From: an uncultured Planctomycetota bacterium
GTDB lineage: Bacteria; Planctomycetota; Planctomycetia; Isosphaerales; Isosphaeraceae
Direction of reading: 5' to 3'
Assembly (NCBI GenBank): GCA_963845755.1
Contig: CAWJTV010000027.1
Span: 64,001-128,000 of the forward strand
Length of the DNA stretch: 64,000 nucleotides
In this document: positions 31,952-40,070 of the stretch, piece by piece
Layout of the letters: the number at the start of each line of letters is the position of its first letter
How positions within the stretch are numbered: the first letter of the stretch is position 1
Notes under the pieces: model-generated
Database searches by the model: none
What the model was told of the DNA's origin: nothing
What the model saw: only the letters and a program-made list of their open reading frames with translations
Translations under genes and position numbers: made by a program

Positions 31952-33529
31952 CTACGAGCCGTTGCGGCTGAGGGCGATGGCCGTCGAGCCGCCGTAATCA
32001 CCGTAGGCGACGTCGATTGTGTAGGAACCGGGCTTCAGGCCGTGGATGCCGGGCTGGTTCGGCCGGCCATTCCAGGCCGTGGTCAGCGTGACGGTCCGGC
32101 CCGCCTGGAGATGCTTCCATGTGGAGGCGGGGATGCGGCGGGTCCTCCGAAAGACCACCTGCGTGCCGTCCAGGACCGTGATCTGTTCGCGGGACTGGAC
32201 CGACGCCGAGGCCGGCTTGGCCGCACCCATGCCCGTGATCCTCAGGCGGATGTGGACGCTCTCGCTGACCTGGTAATCCGCATGGTTCGTGGTCACCGTG
32301 GAGTTGATCAACGGCGCGACCTGTCCCGTCGAGGACGAACCGTCACCCCCGGTCCCCGATGTGGACGTATTGCCGGACGACGACGCGCTCACGACCTGGA
32401 ATGTGGCCGTATTGCCGTTCAGATCGAAGGCGTTGGAAATCTCAAGGGTGTAGGTACCCGGCACCGGGTCACCGACCGGCCACATCTGGGTCTGTGTCCA
32501 GGATTGACCTGGCTGAAGAGTCGACCATCCTGCGAAGTACGGCCCGGGCAAGTTTTCCAGGTCCAAGCTCAGCGTGGGCGAAGGTTGATCGAACTCGAAC
32601 CCGGTCTGTCCCATGGGGACCACTACGGGTTGGTCGCTCACGTTCGTCTCGGTGAAGGTCATCGTCACCGTCTGGCCGTCTTGATAGACGGGCTGATCCG
32701 TGGTGACACGCGACACGATCGCCCCGGAAGGCGGGGGCGCGATCTGGAAGTCGGCGGTGAATTCGCCCGGAGCGGCCGGAACATCATAAACCTCCGCGAC
32801 GAATTCACCTGTCAGGTTTTCCAGGGTGTAAGGACTAAAACCGGGTGGGTGATAGGTGTACTGGTTTGTGATCGTTTGCCCCGGGGTGATCGTCTCAAAG
32901 GTCGGGCCGATCGGGTCCATTTCGGGCAGCTCGGGCTGACCGTTATGCACGATCTGGTAGAGGGGATTCGCGATCACGATCGTGATCGTCTGATCGGAGG
33001 TGTTCGTCTCGGTGTAGGTGAGCTGGACCGGTTGGCCCATCAGGTAGGTCGTCTGATCGGTCGTCAAGGCGCCCTGGAGCGGATCGGTGATCTGGAACGT
33101 CGCCGTATCTTCCTGCGGGGCATTGAGATTCGAGACCGTGAACGTGCCAAACTGGTTGACCGCCGCGTTCGTGTTGGCGCCTGGCTGGTAGAAGGTCTCC
33201 GGCATCGTGCCATCCCAGGTCGCCGTCTGGGACACGGACTGCCCCGGTTGAAGCGTCAACGAGGTGGGGGGCTGACCGGCGTTATCCGGGTTTGACTCCC
33301 AGAGCGGGCCATTCCAGCCCAGGCTTTGCTCGGAGACGGAGAAATCCGTCGGGCTGAGCGAGACCGTCACGGCCTGGTCGCCCGTGTTCGTCTCGGTGAA
33401 CGTGATCTGGATCGGCTGACCCACCTGGTAGGTCGTTTGATCCGTCGTCAACGAGTAAGAGATGCCCGACAGGAGACAGCGGCCTTCGAGTTCATCGACA
33501 CCCAAGGCCATCCGTGAGCGACGCATCAT
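31952..33529 (-). CDS. Planctomycete extracellular protein with four Ig-like (BsuPI-like) repeats
   Basis: 'LGVDELEGRCLLS' export signature. Repeats 'TTDQTTYQVGQPIQITFTETN', 'TTDQTTYLMGQPVQLTYTETN', 'TTDQPVYQDGQTVTMTFTETN' and 'TTNHADYQVSESV'. Confidence 0.8.
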   Translation of the reverse strand: MMRRSRMALGVDELEGRCLLSGISYSLTTDQTTYQVGQPIQITFTETNTGDQAVTVSLSPTDFSVSEQSLGWNGPLWESNPDNAGQPPTSLTLQPGQSVSQTATWDGTMPETFYQPGANTNAAVNQFGTFTVSNLNAPQEDTATFQITDPLQGALTTDQTTYLMGQPVQLTYTETNTSDQTITIVIANPLYQIVHNGQPELPEMDPIGPTFETITPGQTITNQYTYHPPGFSPYTLENLTGEFVAEVYDVPAAPGEFTADFQIAPPPSGAIVSRVTTDQPVYQDGQTVTMTFTETNVSDQPVVVPMGQTGFEFDQPSPTLSLDLENLPGPYFAGWSTLQPGQSWTQTQMWPVGDPVPGTYTLEISNAFDLNGNTATFQVVSASSSGNTSTSGTGGDGSSSTGQVAPLINSTVTTNHADYQVSESVHIRLRITGMGAAKPASASVQSREQITVLDGTQVVFRRTRRIPASTWKHLQAGRTVTLTTAWNGRPNQPGIHGLKPGSYTIDVAYGDYGGSTAIALSRNGS

Positions 33530-34214
33530 GGCTAGCCCCGTTCGGAAGATGTCTGGCAGGAGAGGAAGCCCCCTTTCGTCTAGTCGCAAATTGCCCCGAA
33601 GCTCGGCCTCATGGATCGAAAGACAAGCATTTTCGGTGAAGTCGAGATCCTTGGCGGCCCAGACGCGGGTGGTGACCCGGGATTTTGGAACGGAGGCCGT
33701 AAATCTTTTCCAAGCCAGGAGATCGATTTTCGTGGCTGGTTTCCCTTAACTCCTTAGATGGCTGGAACTTGCGCCGGACATCCAATGATCCCGGGTCACC
33801 ATTGAGGCGCGCCGCGAGTTTGATTGCTTCATTCTAATCGACCAATCGCCGCGGTCAAAGCGATGATGCAAGACAGCCGCAGCGCCTGCAAAAAGGTCTG
33901 CCCCTGACTCCCCTCGTGCCCCTAACTCCCGTCGGGGCTTGAATCCGCTGACCCTACGCAGGTCCTCAGCTTCGAGTCGATTGCGCCCGACAGGGAGATG
34001 GCGGCTCGAGCGCATGGCAAACCCGCCAGCCGGTCGGGACGACAGATCGATACTCCAAAGTTATGGGCGCATGACGTGGCGCGACGGTCGATCACCGTCT
34101 GCTGGGGACCAATAAGCGTCGGACGACAAAGGGGGCCAGGCTTCCTCCGAAGCCGCAACCGCCGCTATGATTGTGGTAGCGACGGTGGTAAGCAGGAGGG
34201 TCAGGAACAGCCGC

Positions 34215-34757
34215 ATGACAGTCCAGGGATCACCGGACGCCATCGAGCCGGACCAGGTCGTGGAAATCTTCGCGGAGTTCACGACGGCCGATGATCTGGC
34301 TCTGCGATTTCCGGCGGACGGATGCTACGCCCGGACACATCTTATGGTCCGGCGGCTGCTCGACCGAGGCTTGGCCCCGTTGAAGGTCTGGGCGTTTGCC
34401 GCCAGCGCCACGGATCCTCTTTGGACAGATACCTCCGACCACCCAGATGGGCGAGTCGAATGGCAGTATCACGTCGCTCCGGTTCTCGTAGTGGGGGGGC
34501 CGGCCGGCGACCTGCGAGAGATGGTTTTTGATCCCCTTCTCTTCGACCGCCCGGTTCCTGTCGAGGAGTGGCGAAGAGCGCTCCACGACACACCGACTCT
34601 GATACGAACGGCTCCTGGGGAACCGCCTCTACCCGCCCGCGGAGGGACCGGATACTGGCCCTGGCCGGATCCCCTCGAAGGGACCGACGTACATGCGCGC
34701 GAGACCTCGAAGACTACCGGACGTGGAACGCTTAGAGGGCCCGATTGCAGGGAGTAG
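34215..34757 (+). CDS. Protein-glutamine glutaminase (papain-fold deamidase) catalytic domain, no signal peptide or pro-domain
   Basis: 'FPADGCYARTHLM' (Cys), 'KVWAF', 'VEWQYHVAPVL' (His) and 'MVFDPLLFDRPV..EEW' (Asp). The 3' end may carry a frameshift near 34705. Confidence 0.85.
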   Translation: MTVQGSPDAIEPDQVVEIFAEFTTADDLALRFPADGCYARTHLMVRRLLDRGLAPLKVWAFAASATDPLWTDTSDHPDGRVEWQYHVAPVLVVGGPAGDLREMVFDPLLFDRPVPVEEWRRALHDTPTLIRTAPGEPPLPARGGTGYWPWPDPLEGTDVHARETSKTTGRGTLRGPDCRE

Positions 34758-34761
34758 CGCC

Positions 34762-35403
34762 ATGGTTGAAGCACTGACGATCCGAACACGACTGCTGGTC
34801 GTTCGAGAGATTCAGGAAGACGAGGGCGATGTCGAACTCCGTTTCCAGCAGGGGAGCCACGGGCGCCTCGATCTCCATGAGGCGAACTCTGCGACCTATC
34901 TCCGACTCGCCCTGCGCAGTCACGAGCGCCAGCATCCCGTGGGCGTCACCTTCGGAGAAGGAGATACGATCGCGGAACTGATCCGCGCCGACAACGACGT
35001 GCCCCTCCAACTCTGGGAAGAGGAACCCGATCGAGTCCGGGTGCACTTCCAGGGCCACGACGGCGTTTTCTGCCTGAAACGCGACCATCCCGAGTTCACC
35101 CGAATCAGCATGCTGGTGGGTGATGCGATCCGGCAGAAGGTCCGAGTTTGGTTCGTCGCTCAGAAACCCGCCCTGGCGCTGCTGGATGTCCTGCCGGCCG
35201 GATGGGCGGTCGCCTCATCTCAAACTCACAACGGAGGCGGTTCTACGGCGGCAGTTGAGTTTGTCGATGGCCCTCTGGATGGCCTCAGGTTCGAGCACAC
35301 GCAGATCAACACGATCGCGAGGATCATGCCGGCATCTGGGGTAGCACTTCAGATCCGGGGCTTTGAACTGAAGATCGAGCAGCCAACGGACGACGGCCCA
35401 TAA
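34762..35403 (+). CDS. Hypothetical protein, two tandem modules resembling the protein-glutaminase pro-domain (candidate inhibitor/immunity protein)
   Basis: GGGAG RBS precedes ATG 34762. 'VELRFQQGSHGRLDLHEANSATYLRLALRSHERQHPVGVTF' and 'VRVHFQGHDGVFCLKRDHPEFTRISMLVGDAIRQKVRVWF' share one beta-beta-helix-beta pattern. Confidence 0.6.
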   Translation: MVEALTIRTRLLVVREIQEDEGDVELRFQQGSHGRLDLHEANSATYLRLALRSHERQHPVGVTFGEGDTIAELIRADNDVPLQLWEEEPDRVRVHFQGHDGVFCLKRDHPEFTRISMLVGDAIRQKVRVWFVAQKPALALLDVLPAGWAVASSQTHNGGGSTAAVEFVDGPLDGLRFEHTQINTIARIMPASGVALQIRGFELKIEQPTDDGP

Positions 35404-36134
35404 GCCGATCGCGGCCCCGCCGTTTTGGTTTCCGCCCAAGGATCGGCCAACTGAAGCAAGAGAACAAGAAATAATGAAATCAGAATAACATTCGTCCAAT
35501 GATGTCAGTTCCCGAGGCCATTTGTCGCCGGGAGAAGAAAGAAACCAACACCCACTCTCAGCGGCCCGGCCCGCTGAGAGCGACCTTTGCATCCCCTGAA
35601 GCCGTTGTGGCGGGCAGGGTTCGCTACAGCGGATCGTTACGCAACACCACTTCGATGCCAAGGTGATGCTCGGTGTCATCCACTCGGACGCGCCATCCGT
35701 TCTCTTCGCGGATAGGCTCATAGTGGTCTCGCGTGTTGTCCGATCTCGTCCTATAGACAACCAGATTCGGTCCCTCGCGACCATCGCGCCTGGCTCCTTC
35801 GGTGCGGCGGAGCCACGTTCCCAAGAAAACCGCGAACCACCCGGTGCTCGCGTTTGCCTTAACGACATACTCACCGCGCGCTCCGAGACTTTTTTTCAAC
35901 CCATCCGCAACGCTTTGCGTCTGCATCGCCAAGATACCATAAAGATGACCAACAAGACCGGAGCCGAAACTCGCATCGATCCCGGCTGGGGATTAATGAC
36001 CTGCCGCCCATCGATAGCCCGCAATTCCGCCGCGCTTTCCGGTAGACTGTGAGATATCCAAGGCGGCCGGTCATCGATCGGCGAGCAACGACGCGCGTTA
36101 CTCCATTGCTCGCGAGATCGACCGAAAGAATCGA

Positions 36135-36452
36135 TCAACCCCGGAACTTGGTCTTGGGGGCCTTTTCCACCAACTGGTGCAGGGTGTGCATGATGTTGTA
36201 GGCCGAGAGCTCGCAGAGCAGGTGCGTCACCTCTTCGTGGATCTCGTCGCCGAGCTTGGGCTCGACGGCCTTCATCAGCGCGACGACGCGGGCTTCCTGC
36301 TCCTTGAGTTCATGGGCCTCGATGCGGCCGTCGGCCATCGCGTCCAGGAACGTCCCGAGCCGTTCCGCGTACTGGCCGATCAGCGGCGTGTCGGCTGTCG
36401 CGTCCAGCCAATCGGTGCGATGCTTGCCTGCGGTGTCGGTCTTCTTGCTCAT
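36135..36452 (-). CDS. Small helical hypothetical protein (105 aa), last gene of the PspA operon
   Basis: 'MSKKTDTAGKHRTDWLD...FLDAMADGRIEAHELKEQE...LLCELSAYNIM' has strong coding bias and is co-oriented with the AAA gene. Confidence 0.8.
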   Translation of the reverse strand: MSKKTDTAGKHRTDWLDATADTPLIGQYAERLGTFLDAMADGRIEAHELKEQEARVVALMKAVEPKLGDEIHEEVTHLLCELSAYNIMHTLHQLVEKAPKTKFRG

Positions 36453-36514
36453 GGGGTTCGCCTCGTCTAGGTGATCGGATCTTCGTTCAGAGGATGTGAA
36501 AGGAGCGGGAAATC

Positions 36515-36578
36515 TTCGAGATTCCGGATTCGAGATTCCGGATTCGAGATTCCGGATTTCGAGATTCCGGATTCGAGA
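36515..36578. repeat. Tandem repeat (TTCGAGATTCCGGA) x4.5
   Basis: Four 14-bp units (one extra T) plus TTCGAGA, each unit made of two related heptamers. Intergenic. Confidence 0.9.
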
Positions 36579-36669
36579 TAGAGCGAACGGAAAACCTGGG
36601 GCACACAGGACCAACATTTATTTTCTCTCTTGAATTTGTGCTTCTGAATCGATCTTCCACGTCTTTCGT

Positions 36670-38496
36670 TCACTCTTCGATCAATCGTCGGATCGCGGCC
36701 ATCCGTTCCTGGAGCTGGGCTCGCCCGTCGGGCCCGGCCACGCGCGCCTGCCACTCCTCGGGCAGGAAGGACCTCGACGTGCACTCCAGGACCGCCGCCA
36801 GCTCTTGCTTCTCCTTCTCCAGCCCCTGGGCGGAGGGGATGAAATCGTCGAGGGAACCGGCGAGATCCTCGCGGGTGATCGGCTCGCGTCCCTGGGTCAA
36901 CGCATGGCGCTTGGCGGCCAGCACGATACTCTCGATGTCGGCCCCGCTGAGGCCGCGGCCGGCGAGGTTCTCGGGCAGGGCGTCGGGGGTCAGGCTGGTC
37001 TTGTTCTTGCGGGCCATCGCCCGGATCATGAACCGCACCTCGTCCTCGTCTCGTGGGCTGAACAGGGGCAGATGGACCTCGGCGCGACCCTGGCGCTTCA
37101 GGTCGATCGGCAGGAAGTCGGGCCGGCTGGTCAGGAGCATCCAGATCAGCTTGCCCCGGTATCGGGTGTCGCCCATCTGGCCGGCGATCATCGAGAAGAC
37201 CCGGCTGGAGGTGCCGGAATCCCCCCCGGCCTCGCGGTTGCCCAGCGCCGCGTCGGCCTCGTCGATCACGATGACGACCGGCCCCATCGCCCGGAGTACC
37301 GTGAGGATCTGCTCGAGGTTCCCCTCGGTCTCGCCGACGTACTTCGACCGGAAATTGCGGAGCTTGACGCAGGGGATCCCCACCGAGCCGGCGAAGCATT
37401 CGGCCAGGTAGGTCTTGCCGGTGCCCACGGGCCCGCAGATCAGGTATCCCATGGGAGCGGCGTCGAGCCGGCCCTGACCGAGCAGCGCGGCGTCCTCGGT
37501 GAGCCGGCGCTTGATCGCGTCGCTGCCGACGAAATCGTCGAGCGTGTGCGGCGGCTCGACGAACTCGACCAGGCCGCGCGCCTGGCGCTCGATCAGCCCT
37601 TTCTTCAGCCGCTTGAGGCCCGTGGTATCGAGCTTCCGCCCGGACTGGGCGGCGGCGGCCAGCAGTCGCTCGAGATTCGTCAGGTTCAACCCGCTGGTCA
37701 GCTCGGCCAGTTGTTGCGGGGCGAAGTCGGCGAGGTTTCCCGTCTTTCCGTCTCGCTCATCGTATCCCTTGATGAACCGCTCCCGCGCCGCGATGTCCGG
37801 CATGGGGACATCGAGGGAAGCCACGTGCGCGCTGCCGATCAGCCGCTCGTTGATCTCGGCCAGTTGGTCGCACAGGAGGCAGAAGGCGATATTGTGCTGC
37901 TTGATGTAGGGGTTCTGGGCCCACGACAGGAGCCGGACCAGCCGCGTCCCCTGGGTCCCGGCCATCTGGCCCAGCTCCGCCGAGGGGACCAGGTACTGGG
38001 CGTATTCGAAGATCACGCCGATGCTGATCTGTTTGGCGGAGTCCTCTTCCATCAGGATCTGGCGGACGAGCTGATCGAGCAGGGCGAGGACCGCGTCGGG
38101 GTCGCGGGGCCAGGACTTGGGCTCGCCGATCCGCTCGACCGCCTTCACGACCATCCGGCGCAGGCGGTCGGCGTCGCGGCCGGCGAAGACGCGGAGTCCC
38201 TGGCTGAGGTCATAGCGAAAGACGACGTCCCAGGAGCCGAAGACCTGCGTGGCCAGGAAATCGGGCAGGCTGCCGTAACCCGCGACGGCGCCGCCGGCCT
38301 CGGTCTGCGGCACGAGGTCGTGGACGTTGCCGTGGAGCAGGAACACGCAGGTCGTGCCGGCAAAGTAGAGTTCGGCGAATTCGCGCGCCCAGACCGGGTA
38401 CCAGGCAGGCACGGCGCGCGCCGGCTCGCCGGGCAGCGTCGTGGACGGCGCTGCCGGCGAGAGGGGCTCGTTCGTTCTCGGCTGGGTTGAGCTCAT
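36670..38496 (-). CDS. AAA+ ATPase, classical AAA clade, with degenerate N-terminal AAA-like domain
   Basis: Walker A 'GPVGTGKT', pore loop 'SKYVGETEGNL', Walker B 'VIVIDEAD', SRH 'TSRPDFLPIDLKRQGR' and 'LSGADIE'. The N-terminus has 'FLLHGNVHD' without a canonical Walker A. Confidence 0.92.
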   Translation of the reverse strand: MSSTQPRTNEPLSPAAPSTTLPGEPARAVPAWYPVWAREFAELYFAGTTCVFLLHGNVHDLVPQTEAGGAVAGYGSLPDFLATQVFGSWDVVFRYDLSQGLRVFAGRDADRLRRMVVKAVERIGEPKSWPRDPDAVLALLDQLVRQILMEEDSAKQISIGVIFEYAQYLVPSAELGQMAGTQGTRLVRLLSWAQNPYIKQHNIAFCLLCDQLAEINERLIGSAHVASLDVPMPDIAARERFIKGYDERDGKTGNLADFAPQQLAELTSGLNLTNLERLLAAAAQSGRKLDTTGLKRLKKGLIERQARGLVEFVEPPHTLDDFVGSDAIKRRLTEDAALLGQGRLDAAPMGYLICGPVGTGKTYLAECFAGSVGIPCVKLRNFRSKYVGETEGNLEQILTVLRAMGPVVIVIDEADAALGNREAGGDSGTSSRVFSMIAGQMGDTRYRGKLIWMLLTSRPDFLPIDLKRQGRAEVHLPLFSPRDEDEVRFMIRAMARKNKTSLTPDALPENLAGRGLSGADIESIVLAAKRHALTQGREPITREDLAGSLDDFIPSAQGLEKEKQELAAVLECTSRSFLPEEWQARVAGPDGRAQLQERMAAIRRLIEE

Positions 38497-38543
38497 TCTG
38501 AACTTGGTCCTGTCACGGATAGTCGATCTCAGAACGGACCCGA

Positions 38544-38969
38544 TCATTCATTCACGCGGAGACGCGGAGACGCGGAGGGAGAAGGGATATAACCATTGAC
38601 GATCCGACGCAAACCTTCCTTGAGGGTCGCGCCACCGAAGTTGATCAGCAATCCGACCGGAAGGTTCAACAGCCGTAGATACGTCAGCAGTTGCTTCGAA
38701 TGGACTGGGGCGAGGTTCTCAACCGATTTCAATTCTACGATCACGAGGCCCTCGACCAGCAGATCAACACGCAAACCTTCGTCGAAGTGCAGGCCGTCGC
38801 ATTCGAACTCAACAGCCGCTTGTCGTGCAACATGCAGGCCGCGCCGTTCTAACTCCCGCGCCAGTACCATCTCGTAAACCGATTCCAGCAGTCCCGGTCC
38901 CAGAACACGATGCAGCTTCATGGCCGCATCCACGATTTCTCCCGTAATCTCATCGATCTCGATCATCAT
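38544..38969 (-). CDS. GxxExxY protein (PD-(D/E)XK nuclease-like)
   Basis: 'LHRVLGPGLLESVYE', 'RVDLLVE..VIVELKSVE', 'HSKQLLTYLRL' and 'GLLINFG'. Confidence 0.93.
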   Translation of the reverse strand: MMIEIDEITGEIVDAAMKLHRVLGPGLLESVYEMVLARELERRGLHVARQAAVEFECDGLHFDEGLRVDLLVEGLVIVELKSVENLAPVHSKQLLTYLRLLNLPVGLLINFGGATLKEGLRRIVNGYIPSPSASPRLRVNE

Positions 38970-39042
38970 ACGGTTCTCACGCATCTCTGTGTGAATCGAG
39001 ATTCTGATGCGATTCTCTCCGCGTCTCCGCGTCTCCGCGTGA
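38552..39042. mobile_element. Candidate GxxExxY cassette bounded by a perfect 26-bp inverted repeat
   Basis: TCACGCGGAGACGCGGAGACGCGGAG (38552-38577) and CTCCGCGTCTCCGCGTCTCCGCGTGA (39017-39042). Mobility is inferred, not shown. Confidence 0.6.
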
Positions 39043-39078
39043 GACGAGATCCTGCTCCGATTCTTCCCCACAGGAGAC

Positions 39079-39837
39079 TCAGATTTCAGGCAGCGGCTCG
39101 AGCGTCCGGGCCGCGGGGCCCAGCTCCTTGGCCGACTGCGACGCCTTGGTTGTCTCGGGCGTGACGAGTCCGGCCTGCTTCTCGAACTCTCGCAGCGCGT
39201 CCTCGGCCATCGTCTTCTCCACGGCGATGTCGCGCTGGATGTCTTCCAGGCCCTCGCCTGACATGTCGGCCGCGACCCGGACCCGAGCCCGGTTGCGGTC
39301 GATCTGCCCCTGGAGCTCCTGCTCGGCCTGGCCGAAGTCGGTGGTGACGTCGAAATGGAACTGGTTGGCGAGCTGGGCAATCTCCGCTTCGGCCCGGCTC
39401 ATCTTGAGGTCGGCGTCGTACTTGCTGATCTTGTGCTTCACCTCGTCGAGCTTCTTGACCGCATGCTGGATCTTCAACAGGTTGTTCTGATACGCCTGCT
39501 CGTGCAGGGCGAGTTGCCTCTCGTTCTCGGCCAGGTCGTCCTTGGCCCGCTTCAGGTCCAGCGCGAACCTGGCCGCCGTGTCGCGATCGCCGGCGTTGAG
39601 GTAGGCCTTGATCTTCGCCTCGATCAGGGCGACTTGCTTCCGCTGGCCCTCCACCTGGCGGAGCACCCGCTCGACCAGCGCACGATACTGCGCCAGGCCC
39701 TCGCGGCCCTCGCGGATCTGATCGACGGAGCGGTCGTACTCCAGTTGCATCTCGGCGATCGGGTCATAGCCCCGGATCGCATTGGCCAGCTTGTTGAATT
39801 GCGCCGCGATGGCGTTCCAGAGCTTACCCAGGATCAT
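39079..39837 (-). CDS. PspA/IM30 (Vipp1/ESCRT-III superfamily) protein
   Basis: Amphipathic N-terminal helix 'MILGKLWNAIAAQFNKL', 'DPIAEMQ', a long coiled-coil hairpin with 'YLNAGDRDTAARFAL', and a C-terminal helix plus tail. 252 aa. Confidence 0.85.
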   Translation of the reverse strand: MILGKLWNAIAAQFNKLANAIRGYDPIAEMQLEYDRSVDQIREGREGLAQYRALVERVLRQVEGQRKQVALIEAKIKAYLNAGDRDTAARFALDLKRAKDDLAENERQLALHEQAYQNNLLKIQHAVKKLDEVKHKISKYDADLKMSRAEAEIAQLANQFHFDVTTDFGQAEQELQGQIDRNRARVRVAADMSGEGLEDIQRDIAVEKTMAEDALREFEKQAGLVTPETTKASQSAKELGPAARTLEPLPEI

Positions 39838-39851
39838 GGTCGCCCCTCAGA

Positions 39852-40055
39852 AAGGATGAAGGATGAAGGATGAAGGATGAGTCAGAGCAGATCGGATTTC
39901 GCTTTCTGCCTTTCTCAAAGTCCTCCAGGGCGCATTGGCCTCTTTCACCCCAACAGATTCGGAATGACATGCAGCATGCCGCGAAGGCTGATTCTAGCCG
40001 AAGGGGAGCACGTTTTTCCACGAGGAGGTCCGGACGATTCATCCTTCATCATTCA
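39852..40055. repeat. Heptamer tandem repeat (AAGGATG)x4 with inverted partner
   Basis: AAGGATG x4 at 39852-39879 and TTCATCC-TTCATCA-TTCA at 40038-40055, enclosing ~160 bp of non-coding DNA. Confidence 0.8.
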
Positions 40056-40070
40056 GATGAATCCTTTCCG

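Noticed and set aside
36515..36578. Possible CRISPR array
   Set aside because: The units are contiguous 14-mers with no spacers, and there are no cas genes in the window.
36670..38496. Naming the ATPase vps4, ftsH or pspF
   Set aside because: No MIT domain, no TM or protease HExxH domain, and no GAFTGA loop. Orthology needs a phylogeny.
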